Position numbers and translations under genes: made by a program. The notes under the pieces were generated by a model. That model did no database searches and had not been told where the DNA came from. It worked only from the letters and a program-made list of their open reading frames with translations. This document shows, piece by piece, positions 10,334 through 19,961 of a DNA stretch of 64,000 bases (positions within the stretch are counted from its first letter, which is position 1; every line of letters begins with the position of its first letter). The DNA comes from Bacillota bacterium (GTDB taxonomy: Bacteria > Bacillota > Dethiobacteria > DTU022): the NCBI GenBank assembly GCA_033549065.1, contig JAWSUE010000001.1:60944-124943 (forward strand), in the 5' to 3' direction.

Positions 10334-10362
10334 ATATTAGCACCATTACTTAAACATGTCAA
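10334..10362 (-). promoter_or_regulatory. sigA-type promoter for dtxR-feoA-feoB
   Basis: Minus strand reads TTGACA (10362-10357), a 17-nt spacer, then TAATAT (10339-10334). Confidence 0.5.
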
Positions 10363-10443
10363 GTGTTTTATTCAAGCTTTTATCAGTTATAATACTTAAT
10401 ATGCCAGGTGTATTTAGGATTGCTGGAAAGGAAAAACTCAACT

Positions 10444-11622
10444 ATGCATGATAATCTAAGCCCCAAAATTTCGGTCCCCATATTAATTATATACTTTATA
10501 GTATTCTGTTCTTTCTTCGACACACACGCCCAGATGCCCATTCTGGCACCTTTTGCGATCAGCCTGGGTGCAACTCCATTCACTCTTGGGCTGGTGGTTG
10601 GCTTCTATTCACTTCTCAACATTTTCGGGAATTTTTCTAGCGGAGTCCTGATTGATAATACAAACTGGCAAAAACCGTTACTAATCGGCCTGATCGGCGT
10701 CTCCATTGTGCTGATTCTCTATACTGCAGTCGGTACTACATTACAGCTGATTCTGATCAGATCTGCCCACGGCTTTATGGGTGGCATCCTGGTTCCCGCC
10801 GCTCTTGCTTCCCTTACAACAGGAGATCGGGAAGTAAAAACTCGTAATAGTCGCCTGGCCTTATTCGGCGCTTTGATTGGTATGGCAGCCATAGCCGGAC
10901 CTATTTTTTCAGGAATTATAGCCGGTGTTTTTAGTTATTCTGCTGTATACTTAAGTCTGGCTATTTTAATGGCTACGGCTGCAATCCTATCATTAATTAC
11001 GATTAAACTAAAAACTGGCATCGGAGGAACCAGTAGAGCATCTTTTTTCTTCAGGGAAATATATAAAATACCGCAGTTGAAGAGTTCATTTCTATTTGCC
11101 CTCGGTACAATGGGCTCTACAGGCACCCTGGCAGCATTTTTGCCGGTTCGTGCTGAAACTTTGGGATTTAACCATATTAAAACGGGTATACTTTTTGCCA
11201 CGTTTGCATTTTCTGCGATAATCGTCCAGATTCTCTGGCCCAAAAAACTAAAATTAAGACTTGGATCTGATTTCAAAGGATGCAGAATGGGCCTGTTATT
11301 ATTGGCCGCTGCACTGCTTATCGCCGCAATGGCAAGCAGCCCGCTGATTCTGTTCAGCTCGCTGGTTATTTTCGGGGTTGGATTTGGTCTGGCATTTCAG
11401 GGGATGTTGGGCCTGGTCATAAACAGCTCGCTTCCGGAATGGCGGGGCAGGGCAATAGGTATCTTCTTTGCAACATACTCACTTGGTGTCGCCATAATTC
11501 CACCTTTAAGCGGGTTAATTTGGCAGCAATATCCTTTGATTTTCCCTTTTTATACAGCAGCCACTGCTGCTTTAATCAGCATGTCAGCCGGATGCAGAAC
11601 CTGCAATAAAAAACCGGCTTAA
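10444..11622 (+). CDS. MFS transporter
   Basis: About 12 predicted TM helices with MFS-like loop motifs. I prefer the ATG at 10444 (AAAGGAAA upstream) to the GTG at 10408 used by the ORF track. Confidence 0.8.
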   Translation: MHDNLSPKISVPILIIYFIVFCSFFDTHAQMPILAPFAISLGATPFTLGLVVGFYSLLNIFGNFSSGVLIDNTNWQKPLLIGLIGVSIVLILYTAVGTTLQLILIRSAHGFMGGILVPAALASLTTGDREVKTRNSRLALFGALIGMAAIAGPIFSGIIAGVFSYSAVYLSLAILMATAAILSLITIKLKTGIGGTSRASFFFREIYKIPQLKSSFLFALGTMGSTGTLAAFLPVRAETLGFNHIKTGILFATFAFSAIIVQILWPKKLKLRLGSDFKGCRMGLLLLAAALLIAAMASSPLILFSSLVIFGVGFGLAFQGMLGLVINSSLPEWRGRAIGIFFATYSLGVAIIPPLSGLIWQQYPLIFPFYTAATAALISMSAGCRTCNKKPA

Positions 11623-11667
11623 CCGGTTTATCCCGGTTTCGCCGGTCTACAGTTCTGGCATAATATT

Positions 11668-12237
11668 TTATTCAAAAAGTGAAAGGTACTCTTTATATCC
11701 CTCTTCGACCATTTTTTCTTTCGGGATAAATTTAAGTGCAGCTGAGTTAATGCAGTACCTCTGACCGGTTGGCTCCGGGCCATCTCCAAAAAGATGACCC
11801 AGGTGTGAATCCGCTTCACTGCTTCTAACTTCAACCCTTGCCATGCCAAGGCTTGTATCTTCCACTTCAACAATATTATTTTTATCGATTGGTTTTGTAA
11901 AACTGGGCCAACCGGTGCCGGAGTCATATTTATCTGCTGAACTAAATAGAGGTTCACCTGAAACAATATCTACATAGATTCCCTCTTCCTTGTAGTTCCA
12001 ATATTTATTATCAAAAGGTGTTTCTGTAGCATTTTCCTGAGTAACTGCGTATTCTAAATCAGTCAGACGTGAACGGAGATCGCTCATTTCGTCACCTTCT
12101 TTATTAGTTGATTTATCAAAATCGGGGATATCTTCGCTTGGAGTGTCATTTTGACAACCCGTTATTAAAAATATAGTAATCAGAACTATACAGAATACAA
12201 TAATAAGATTCCGGGACAATTGGATTCCTCCTTTCAA
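11668..12237 (-). CDS. msrB: peptide-methionine (R)-S-oxide reductase MsrB, lipoprotein form
   Basis: 189-aa ORF. Signal peptide with lipobox LITGC. MsrB core GWPSF, HLGHLF and catalytic RYCINS. Both Zn-binding CxxC pairs are absent. Confidence 0.9.
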   Translation of the reverse strand: MKGGIQLSRNLIIVFCIVLITIFLITGCQNDTPSEDIPDFDKSTNKEGDEMSDLRSRLTDLEYAVTQENATETPFDNKYWNYKEEGIYVDIVSGEPLFSSADKYDSGTGWPSFTKPIDKNNIVEVEDTSLGMARVEVRSSEADSHLGHLFGDGPEPTGQRYCINSAALKFIPKEKMVEEGYKEYLSLFE

Positions 12238-12305
12238 TGAATCAGTTGTTAGTCAAATCAAAGCAATAACATTATATTCTAATATTATAATGTTTGCTAT
12301 TTATT

Positions 12306-12334
12306 ATTATAGTTTTGTTCTTTGCCTATGTCAA
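12306..12334 (-). promoter_or_regulatory. consensus sigA-type promoter for msrB
   Basis: Minus strand reads TTGACA (12334-12329), a 17-nt spacer, then TATAAT (12311-12306). A 9-bp perfect inverted repeat AACATTATA-N9-TATAATGTT (12268-12294) lies between the promoter and the start codon. Confidence 0.55.
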
Positions 12335-12349
12335 TGTAGATATATGTGG

Positions 12350-13105
12350 TCAAGATTTGTTTGTCCTGTAAAGCATAATGAGTGAAAGGATAATCAGGAA
12401 AGGAGTAAAAACCTGGACAAGGGTAAAAAACCCAACACCCAGGATTTCGTTTGAGTAATTCCAAACCACAAGCGGGTTATCGCGAAACGTTTCTTCGATT
12501 AAACCACGTAAAAGAGTATAACCAAGAACAAAAATCCAGAAAAGATAACCGGGGTTGTTCTCCCGACGGCGGGCTAGGTAATTATGCAGTAGCAGCAGGA
12601 GCAGACCAATCAGCGAACCATAGATCTGGGTTGGGTGCCGGTCAAAGGGAAAAAACAAAGTATGACGACCCAGAATTTCCTGGTTAAAAATATTCGCAAT
12701 CCGGACCAGCGTTATTCCTATGGTGATTCCCGGAACAGCCAGATCTGCAAGAGTAGGCCAATCAACATTCTTGAGCCGGCAGTAGATCCAACTGCTCAGA
12801 ACTCCTCCTAAAAGACCACCGTGAAATGCCAGGCCTCCCCGATCAATTCGCGGGATCATTTCCAGATTATCCATGAAATATGGCCAGTTGGCAATAACAT
12901 ATACTGCCCTTGCACCGATCACGACAGAAACAATCATGATAATAAAAAATGAAAAAATAAACTCTTCAGTAATACCTTTTTTAAGTCCATACTTTTTAAG
13001 GTAATAGAAGCCTATGAGAACTGATATAGCAAACATCAGACCATACCAACGAATAGAAAATGGTCCAAATTCAAAAATAACCGGGCTTATATTTTCAATA
13101 TACAT
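12350..13105 (-). CDS. lgt: prolipoprotein diacylglyceryl transferase
   Basis: 251-aa polytopic membrane ORF. Lgt-type motifs IRWYGLMF, GGLAFHGGLLGG, HPTQIYGS. Confidence 0.9.
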   Translation of the reverse strand: MYIENISPVIFEFGPFSIRWYGLMFAISVLIGFYYLKKYGLKKGITEEFIFSFFIIMIVSVVIGARAVYVIANWPYFMDNLEMIPRIDRGGLAFHGGLLGGVLSSWIYCRLKNVDWPTLADLAVPGITIGITLVRIANIFNQEILGRHTLFFPFDRHPTQIYGSLIGLLLLLLHNYLARRRENNPGYLFWIFVLGYTLLRGLIEETFRDNPLVVWNYSNEILGVGFFTLVQVFTPFLIILSLIMLYRTNKS

Positions 13106-13250
13106 AATTTAACCTCTCAAGATTTTAATAGTTCTGCATAATGGTAAATGACCGGAAGAAATTTGTCAATTAAATGATAAAAATTCATTGTTGTATCGTA
13201 ATATTATGTTATAATGATAAACGAATTCCAGATAAAGGAGCTGCCGTACT

Positions 13251-15725
13251 ATGTCAAGCAAAGTTTTAATAGTTGGTGGTGTAGCCGGAGGCGCTTCAAC
13301 TGCTGCCAGGCTTCGCCGCCTAAGCGAAGAGACAGAAATAATATTGCTGGAAAGGGGAGAGTATATATCTTACGCTAATTGCGGGCTACCCTACTATATC
13401 GGGGGAACGATCGAAAATCGTGATGATCTTTTTGTTATGACTCCGGAAAAATTCAGTGCCTGGTTGAATGTCGACATACGAGTCAAAAATGAAGTCCTGG
13501 CTATTGACCGCAGCCGGAAAGAAATTGAAATACAAAATCTCGCAAATGGAAATGTATACAGGGAAAGTTATGATTACCTGGTTCTTTCACCGGGTGCTGA
13601 GCCGATTAAGCCGAACCTTCCCGGGATAGAACATGAGGGTATATTTAGTTTGAGGAATGTTAACGATACTGACCGAATTTTCAGTTTCATCAGGGAAAAT
13701 TGTCCCCAAAAAGCCGTGGTTGTAGGTGCCGGATATATTGGCCTTGAGATGGCAGAAAACCTTCAGCAGCGGGGCATGGAGGTCACTGTCGTTGAATTAG
13801 CTCCTCAAATCTTACCTCCAATAGACATTGAAATGGCCGCCCTTGTTCAACAGTACTTACTGGCGCGAGGACTGCGTTTGCGTGTTGGAAACGGCGTTAG
13901 TGAATTCAATCTATCCGGGATCAGAAATCTTGAAGTGATATTGAATAACGGGGAAAAACTTAATGCTGATCTGGTCATTTTATCTATAGGTGTAAAACCC
14001 GAACTCAAACTCGCTACTGAAGCCGGGCTCGATGTTGCAAAAGGCATAGTGGTCAATGAATACATGCAGACCAGTGATCCTTACATATATGCCGTTGGAG
14101 ATGCAGTTGAAGTTACCCACCTGGTAACTGGAAAACCAGCTGTAATCCCGCTGGCAGGTCCTGCCAACAAGCAGGGTCGCATTGTGGCAAATAACATTTC
14201 AGGAAGAAAAGAGAGTTACAGGGGAACTCAGGGTACTTCGGTACTTAAAATTTTTGAGATGACTGTAGCAACAACCGGTGCGAATGAAAGATTGTTGAAA
14301 GAATCCGCCATTAATTACAGGAGCGTTATCATTCATCCCAACAGTCATGCCGGATATTATCCGGGGGCATCCCCCATCTCACTTAAACTATTATTCAATA
14401 CTGAAGGTAAAATTCTCGGTGCACAGGCTGTCGGATACGAAGGCGTCGAAAAGAGGATAGATGTTCTGGCAACAGCTTTACGGACAGGAATAACAGTATA
14501 TGAACTACAGGAATTGGAGTTGGCTTATGCCCCCCCGTACTCATCAGCTAAAGATCCAGTTAATATGGCCGGTTTTGTAGCCTCAAACATTTTAAATGGA
14601 GATTCGCAGGCAGTTAGCGTTCTTGAATTGAACACTGCCCTGGGAGAAGATGCACAAATCTTGGACGTCCGTGAACCTGAAGAAAATGAACTTGGAGCAA
14701 TTCCCGGCAGTATCAATATACCTCTCGGGCAGCTCCGCAGCAGGCTTACTGAACTAGAGCGGGATAAAGGGATAATTACCTACTGCAGCGTAGGATTGCG
14801 TTCGTATCTTGCTTCCCGGATATTAAGATTAAACGGGTTCACAAACGTCGGAAATCTAAGCGGCGGTTATAGAAGCTATCAGGCTTTAAAAGAAATTACA
14901 AATGAAAATGGGGATGGAAGTAATACGATGGAAAATTTAAATCATGAAACAAGAGAGAACAAACCTCACTTTCCGGCCGGCGAAACAGTTAAACTGGATC
15001 TGTGTGGGCTTCAATGTCCGGGACCGATCATGCAAGTGTTTAAAAAAATGAAAGATTTACCCGAGGGAGCAATCATTGATGTATGCGCAACAGATCCCGG
15101 CTTTGCCTCTGATATTGCTTCATGGTGCCAGAGAACAGGGAATACACTGCTCAGAAAAGGTCATGATGGAAAGGGATTTACAGCTCAAATCCTTAAAGGA
15201 AGAAATGGAGATTTTCAAAAAAAAGCGCCTGCTATTAACGAATCCGGGGTTACCGGAAATGATAAAACTATAGTGGTTTTCAGTGGAGAACTTGATAAAG
15301 CGCTGGCAGCCCTGATCATCGCAAATGGGGCTGCTGCAATGGGCCGTAATGTTACTATGTTTTTCACCTTCTGGGGGCTGAATGTTTTACGGAAAAATGA
15401 AAAAGTAAAGATTAAAAAACCATTTATGGATAGCATGTTTGGTAAAATGATGCCCCGGGGCAGTAAAAAACTCGGTTTATCATGCATGAATATGGCGGGT
15501 ATGGGATCAAAAATGATCCGCATGGTCATGAAAAATAAAAATGTTGATTCGCTTGAATTTTTAATTGCCCAGGCTTTGGAATCCGGCGTCAGGCTGGTAG
15601 CATGTCAGATGTCGATGGAAATTATGGGCATTTCCAGGGAAGAACTACTTGAAGGTGTGGAACTGGCGGGAGTAGCGTCCTATCTGGATGCAGCGGAAAA
15701 TTCCGATACCAATTTGTTTATTTAA
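13251..15725 (+). CDS. CoA-disulfide/persulfide reductase fused to rhodanese, TusA-like and DsrE/DsrF-like domains
   Basis: 824-aa ORF with four modules. (1) FAD/NAD(P) pyridine-nucleotide disulfide oxidoreductase with the single redox Cys motif SYANCGLPYY. (2) Rhodanese with YCSVGLRS. (3) TusA/SirA motif CGLQCPGP. (4) C-terminal DsrE-like module (VVFSGELDKALAALIIANGAAAMG...). Confidence 0.85.
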   Translation: MSSKVLIVGGVAGGASTAARLRRLSEETEIILLERGEYISYANCGLPYYIGGTIENRDDLFVMTPEKFSAWLNVDIRVKNEVLAIDRSRKEIEIQNLANGNVYRESYDYLVLSPGAEPIKPNLPGIEHEGIFSLRNVNDTDRIFSFIRENCPQKAVVVGAGYIGLEMAENLQQRGMEVTVVELAPQILPPIDIEMAALVQQYLLARGLRLRVGNGVSEFNLSGIRNLEVILNNGEKLNADLVILSIGVKPELKLATEAGLDVAKGIVVNEYMQTSDPYIYAVGDAVEVTHLVTGKPAVIPLAGPANKQGRIVANNISGRKESYRGTQGTSVLKIFEMTVATTGANERLLKESAINYRSVIIHPNSHAGYYPGASPISLKLLFNTEGKILGAQAVGYEGVEKRIDVLATALRTGITVYELQELELAYAPPYSSAKDPVNMAGFVASNILNGDSQAVSVLELNTALGEDAQILDVREPEENELGAIPGSINIPLGQLRSRLTELERDKGIITYCSVGLRSYLASRILRLNGFTNVGNLSGGYRSYQALKEITNENGDGSNTMENLNHETRENKPHFPAGETVKLDLCGLQCPGPIMQVFKKMKDLPEGAIIDVCATDPGFASDIASWCQRTGNTLLRKGHDGKGFTAQILKGRNGDFQKKAPAINESGVTGNDKTIVVFSGELDKALAALIIANGAAAMGRNVTMFFTFWGLNVLRKNEKVKIKKPFMDSMFGKMMPRGSKKLGLSCMNMAGMGSKMIRMVMKNKNVDSLEFLIAQALESGVRLVACQMSMEIMGISREELLEGVELAGVASYLDAAENSDTNLFI

Positions 15726-15752
15726 AGATTTTCTAAGCAAATCGAATCACAA

Positions 15753-15792
15753 AAATCCGCGGGCAATAGTTAACCCGCGGATTTCTTTATTT
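15753..15792. terminator. bidirectional rho-independent terminator
   Basis: AAATCCGCGGG-caatagttaa-CCCGCGGATTT is a perfect 11-bp stem flanked by an A-tract and a T-tract. It lies between convergent genes. Confidence 0.8.
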
Positions 15793-16834
15793 ATAAAACT
15801 CCCAACAGGGGAAGCAGGGATATCAGGTAACCGGCGGTCACTGCAATACAAAATACTGTGAAAACATATAAAAACAGAAAACGTCTTTTAAATAATGAAC
15901 TCATAAAAATTATTCCACTGACACTGGTTCCCGAGCCGGAGATTATGAAAGCGATACCTGCTCCCAGGGCACCGGTAGCACCGATTAAAGGTGCAGCAAG
16001 CGCAATCATGGAGCAATCGCCTGCATAAATAGGAATTCCCAGTAAAGCACCTATTATAATGTCAAATGGCGCTCGGGATTCCAGAGCCTGTTGAATTAAA
16101 TCCGGAGGTACAAGGTTACGGAGCAAAGCAGATACAATTATCACGATTGCAACATAAGGCAGTATTTTTTTCAGCAGAGTTAAGGTGTGATGCCATGCAG
16201 GCTTTACAATATCAACCCTAATATCTGAATTTACTTCAGTCTTCATATCTTTTTGTTGAATAGTACAGCAGGGCTGAACACTTGGAAAACCGGTCGAAGA
16301 AGAATTATCAGCGGCCATTTTCAAATTGCTGGGTTCAATCCCATCTCTTTCTTCAATTAAAGCTATCCCCGGCTTAAATATATGCTCATAACCGCCTAAT
16401 TTTTCCAGAAAAACTCCGCCAATAATTGCGGCACCGGCAGTAATCAACAAATAGAAAAAGGCAACCGGAAAACCAAAAATTCCAGATAGGATTAAAAATG
16501 CAGGCATGCTGACAACAGGGCTAACCAGGAAGAATGTAAGCACTGCGCTGGTGGGAACTCCGGCTCTGATCAATCCCAGCACCACCGGAAATGCACCACA
16601 TTCACAAAACGGCAAAACTGCTCCAAGTGCAGCAGCTCTTAACCGACCGCTCCAGATACCGCTACCGGCAAGAAGAGCTTTTAATTTCTCATCTCCAAAC
16701 CAACGCCTGGCTGACTCGGCAATAAAAATTGCAGCTACAAGCATGGGAACCACTCGAAGAATCAATTCCCCGGCATATTTCATAATGTTTATCAGCAGTT
16801 CATTCTGCTCAATTATCATCTGTTTTAACTCCAC
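15791..16834 (-). CDS. ArsP/YraQ-type permease (PF03773-like)
   Basis: 347-aa membrane ORF with the family-typical LPFCECGAFP motif. Overlaps the upstream arsR by 10 nt. Confidence 0.75.
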   Translation of the reverse strand: MELKQMIIEQNELLINIMKYAGELILRVVPMLVAAIFIAESARRWFGDEKLKALLAGSGIWSGRLRAAALGAVLPFCECGAFPVVLGLIRAGVPTSAVLTFFLVSPVVSMPAFLILSGIFGFPVAFFYLLITAGAAIIGGVFLEKLGGYEHIFKPGIALIEERDGIEPSNLKMAADNSSSTGFPSVQPCCTIQQKDMKTEVNSDIRVDIVKPAWHHTLTLLKKILPYVAIVIIVSALLRNLVPPDLIQQALESRAPFDIIIGALLGIPIYAGDCSMIALAAPLIGATGALGAGIAFIISGSGTSVSGIIFMSSLFKRRFLFLYVFTVFCIAVTAGYLISLLPLLGVL

Positions 16835-17199
16835 CGGATATTCCCTGCTTCGCTCGAGTGAGCCAGGGCTATTTGTACAAGCTGGGAAATATGGTCATCA
16901 TCGAGGCTGTAAAAAACTATTTTCCCCTGCTTTGAATATCTAACCAACCGCAGTGATCGCAGGTAACGCAAGTGATAAGATACTGCAGCAACCGGCATTT
17001 CCACAGCTAGCGCAAGATCACATACACATAATTCTTCCTGGTAAAGAGCAAAAATAATTTTAAACCTGGTTTCATCGCCTAACGCTTTAAAAATGTCAAC
17101 CATCACATTGAGATCTCCCAGGGCTTTCTTTACTCTGGAAACTTTCACCGGATCGCTGCAGAATATTTCACACTGATGGGCTTCTTTTTTTTGACTCAT
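16825..17199 (-). CDS. arsR: ArsR/SmtB-family metalloregulator
   Basis: wHTH with ELCVCDLA metal(loid)-site motif, plus an N-terminal CEIFC pair. I prefer the ATG at 17199. The ORF-track start at 17232 is a TTG lying on a TATAAT-like -10 element. Confidence 0.85.
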   Translation of the reverse strand: MSQKKEAHQCEIFCSDPVKVSRVKKALGDLNVMVDIFKALGDETRFKIIFALYQEELCVCDLALAVEMPVAAVSYHLRYLRSLRLVRYSKQGKIVFYSLDDDHISQLVQIALAHSSEAGNIRWS

Positions 17200-17319
17200 C
17201 TCAGCACTTCTTTCATTTAAATATTTACACAAACATTATAATGTATTTAAACAGCAAGTCAAGCCCTTTTACGATATAATGATACATAGCGCTGCTGGTT
17301 CTGTGAGGAGTGACCCTTT

Positions 17320-18222
17320 ATGTGCTACACTAGATTAAAAAACCCGAAAACCTGGAATGGATTAAATAGTCCTGAACTTGATTTAAACGAAGCTGCCATT
17401 GCAGTTCTTGGCCTGCCCTATGATGGAGCCACGTCATTTAGGAAAGGTGCAGCCGAAGCACCGGATAGAATAAGGGAAATTTCGGAACATATACCTCCTA
17501 CCACCGAACAAGGTCATTCAATCGAAAAGATACGTGTTGTTGATTTAGGCAACCTTTCACCTGAAGGTTTACCACAACCTGATTATTTCAAGAGGATAGA
17601 AAGCGCAGCATACGAACTCTTAAAAAGCACATTCACAACATTTATCGGGGGTGACCACTCGGTTACTATTCCAATCCTACATGCTGCAAATAAAATATGG
17701 GGGAATAGACTGGGTATCATTCACCTGGACGCACATCTCGATCTATGCGAAGAAATTGATGGAAACAGACTTTCTCATGGCTGTACACACCGAAGAAATC
17801 TGGAGAACAGCAAGATACCCGTACACCAGATTCACTTTATTGGAATTCGATCGTTTGAAACTCAGGAAGCTTGCTTTATCAGTAACAAGGAGTTTAATAT
17901 CTATACAGCGGCCGATATTAATGCCCAGGGAATTGAATTAATCGCAAAGAATGTAGTATCCAGCCTCGTTAAATGTAAAGCTGTTTACATAACTATTGAT
18001 ATTGATTTTCTTGATCCGTCCACAGCTCCTGGCACCGGGACTCCTAAGCCTGGCGGCTTCACAACCCGCGATCTTTTCAGGTTTTTATCAAGCTTTTCTA
18101 CTCTACCTGTTATCGGAATGGACCTGGTTGAAGTTTCGCCACCGCTTGACCATAATGATATTACTTCATTTGCAGCGCAGAGAGTCATTACAGAAAGCTG
18201 GGGGTATTTCTTACTGAAATAA
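17320..18222 (+). CDS. speB: agmatinase (ureohydrolase/arginase family)
   Basis: 300-aa ORF. Mn-ligand motifs GGDHSVT, HLDAHLD, DIDFLDP. Confidence 0.75.
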   Translation: MCYTRLKNPKTWNGLNSPELDLNEAAIAVLGLPYDGATSFRKGAAEAPDRIREISEHIPPTTEQGHSIEKIRVVDLGNLSPEGLPQPDYFKRIESAAYELLKSTFTTFIGGDHSVTIPILHAANKIWGNRLGIIHLDAHLDLCEEIDGNRLSHGCTHRRNLENSKIPVHQIHFIGIRSFETQEACFISNKEFNIYTAADINAQGIELIAKNVVSSLVKCKAVYITIDIDFLDPSTAPGTGTPKPGGFTTRDLFRFLSSFSTLPVIGMDLVEVSPPLDHNDITSFAAQRVITESWGYFLLK

Positions 18223-18261
18223 CCCCCGGCATTATAAGGCTGAATCAATTATCAGTTTTAT

Positions 18262-19926
18262 TTATTCCTCTTCAGGTTCAATATCATCCGGGATATTTCC
18301 ACTGTAAGAGTTGTCGTCAGGATCATTCAGGTCCAGTACCGATCCTCCGAATACGATAAATGCTCCGCCCATTTGAGCCTGATTTTCAATAAACTCATTA
18401 AGGTGAAGTTCAACAACAGAACCTTCAAAGGCAACAATAGCCCCTCCAAACTCCTGGGCAAGATTACCGATGAAACTATTATTGACAATACTGGCTACAG
18501 CATTAAGAACCATGATAATGCCGCCACCGGAGCCACTTTCAGCTGCATTATCAGAGATTGTATTATTGGAAATTGTTGCGGCGGAAAGTTGAATAAACAT
18601 TCCACCACCGGTATTAGCTTTATTACCCGTCAGTGTATTATTTTCAAATGTAACAGTCGAATTATCTCCAATTACCATCCCTCCGCCGGCACGGCCGGCG
18701 ACATTATTATCAATAATATTATTCCGGATGGTCGGAGACGAGTTAGTCATTGCAGCTATCCCCCCACCATCCTGTTCAACCAAGTTTTCCGTTATGTTAT
18801 TCCCATCAATGAGCGGTGCAGAGGCATTAATAAAAATTCCTCCACCACCATAATGAACTACGTTATTTGATATAATATTATCGATTATCGTTGGCTCTGA
18901 GCCTTCTACGACTGCAATTCCACCACCGTTTTCAGTCGTATAATTGCGATCTATTATATTATTGCTGATTATCGGGGTTGCTTCCTCAGCAACAGCAATA
19001 CCTCCGCCATTATTTGTTGCTGAATTACGAGATATTTCATTACTATCGATCGTCGGTTCAGCATCAAAAACAACAATTCCCCCACCAAACCATATTGCCG
19101 AGTTGTTTCGCAGGAGATTACCGGTTACAAGGGGATCAGAATACCAGACAGCGATCCCGCCTCCACTTGTTGCAGAATTTTCCAGAATTTCGTTGTTTCC
19201 GATTCGCGGTGAAGATTCATAGTCAACAGAAATCCCTCCACCTACATTTCTGGCCAAATTCTCCCTGATAGTGTTATTCTCAATTACCGGACTCGAAGAC
19301 CAGATAGATAGGCCGGCACCATTGAAGGCAGTGTTATTTTCAAATCGGTTATCAGTAATTCTCGGACTGGAATTATTCAGAACTGCTATGCCACCACCAT
19401 CCAAGTTTACACTATTATCTTTAAAAACATTTTTGGTGATGGTCGGTGAACTTTCTCCTGTGACAAGAATGCCGCCACCGTAATAACCATCATTCGTAAT
19501 TTCAGTTCCTTCATACTCATGGATTATAACTTCTCTGTTGCCGGTTCCTCCGGTAATGGTGAAACCGGTTATTACAGCTCCTTCACTTTCTCCGTTCTGA
19601 AATACAATAACAGAACCCCTTCTCCGACCATCTATTACAGTCGAAGCTACAATATCAGGATCATCAGGATCGGTACTGCGAACAGTAATGTTTTTTCCCA
19701 TAAAGTCAAGTTGTTCATAATATACACCAGGATCGACAACAATAACATCCCCATCCACAGCTTCGTTAATCGCTACCTGGATAGTTCTATATTTACCGGG
19801 AACAGCCAGGTTAGGGTTAAAGAAATCTGTTGCATAAAGATAAATGATCACTGCTATTAACAAAATTGCCACTACTATTCCAATTATCAAGCCCCTGCGG
19901 GGCTTGGTCCTGCTTTCACTAATCAT
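18262..19926 (-). CDS. membrane-anchored right-handed parallel beta-helix repeat protein
   Basis: 554-aa ORF. N-terminal TM anchor followed by many imperfect 22-23-aa coils (N-x-I-x-x-N-x-A-x-x-GGGI pattern) of PbH1/NosD-like type. Acidic C-terminus. Confidence 0.75.
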   Translation of the reverse strand: MISESRTKPRRGLIIGIVVAILLIAVIIYLYATDFFNPNLAVPGKYRTIQVAINEAVDGDVIVVDPGVYYEQLDFMGKNITVRSTDPDDPDIVASTVIDGRRRGSVIVFQNGESEGAVITGFTITGGTGNREVIIHEYEGTEITNDGYYGGGILVTGESSPTITKNVFKDNSVNLDGGGIAVLNNSSPRITDNRFENNTAFNGAGLSIWSSSPVIENNTIRENLARNVGGGISVDYESSPRIGNNEILENSATSGGGIAVWYSDPLVTGNLLRNNSAIWFGGGIVVFDAEPTIDSNEISRNSATNNGGGIAVAEEATPIISNNIIDRNYTTENGGGIAVVEGSEPTIIDNIISNNVVHYGGGGIFINASAPLIDGNNITENLVEQDGGGIAAMTNSSPTIRNNIIDNNVAGRAGGGMVIGDNSTVTFENNTLTGNKANTGGGMFIQLSAATISNNTISDNAAESGSGGGIIMVLNAVASIVNNSFIGNLAQEFGGAIVAFEGSVVELHLNEFIENQAQMGGAFIVFGGSVLDLNDPDDNSYSGNIPDDIEPEEE

Positions 19927-19961
19927 TTGTAATACTCCTTTCAGTATATGGGAACAGGGAC

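Noticed and set aside
13251-17232. CoADR-fusion gene plus convergent arsR-permease as one sulfide-stress operon (ArsR-family persulfide sensor such as BigR/SqrR).
   Set aside because: The genes are convergent and separated by a strong bidirectional terminator. The regulator has the classical ELCVCDL arsenite-type site, and the permease is ArsP/YraQ-type. This fits an independent metalloid or organoarsenical efflux module.
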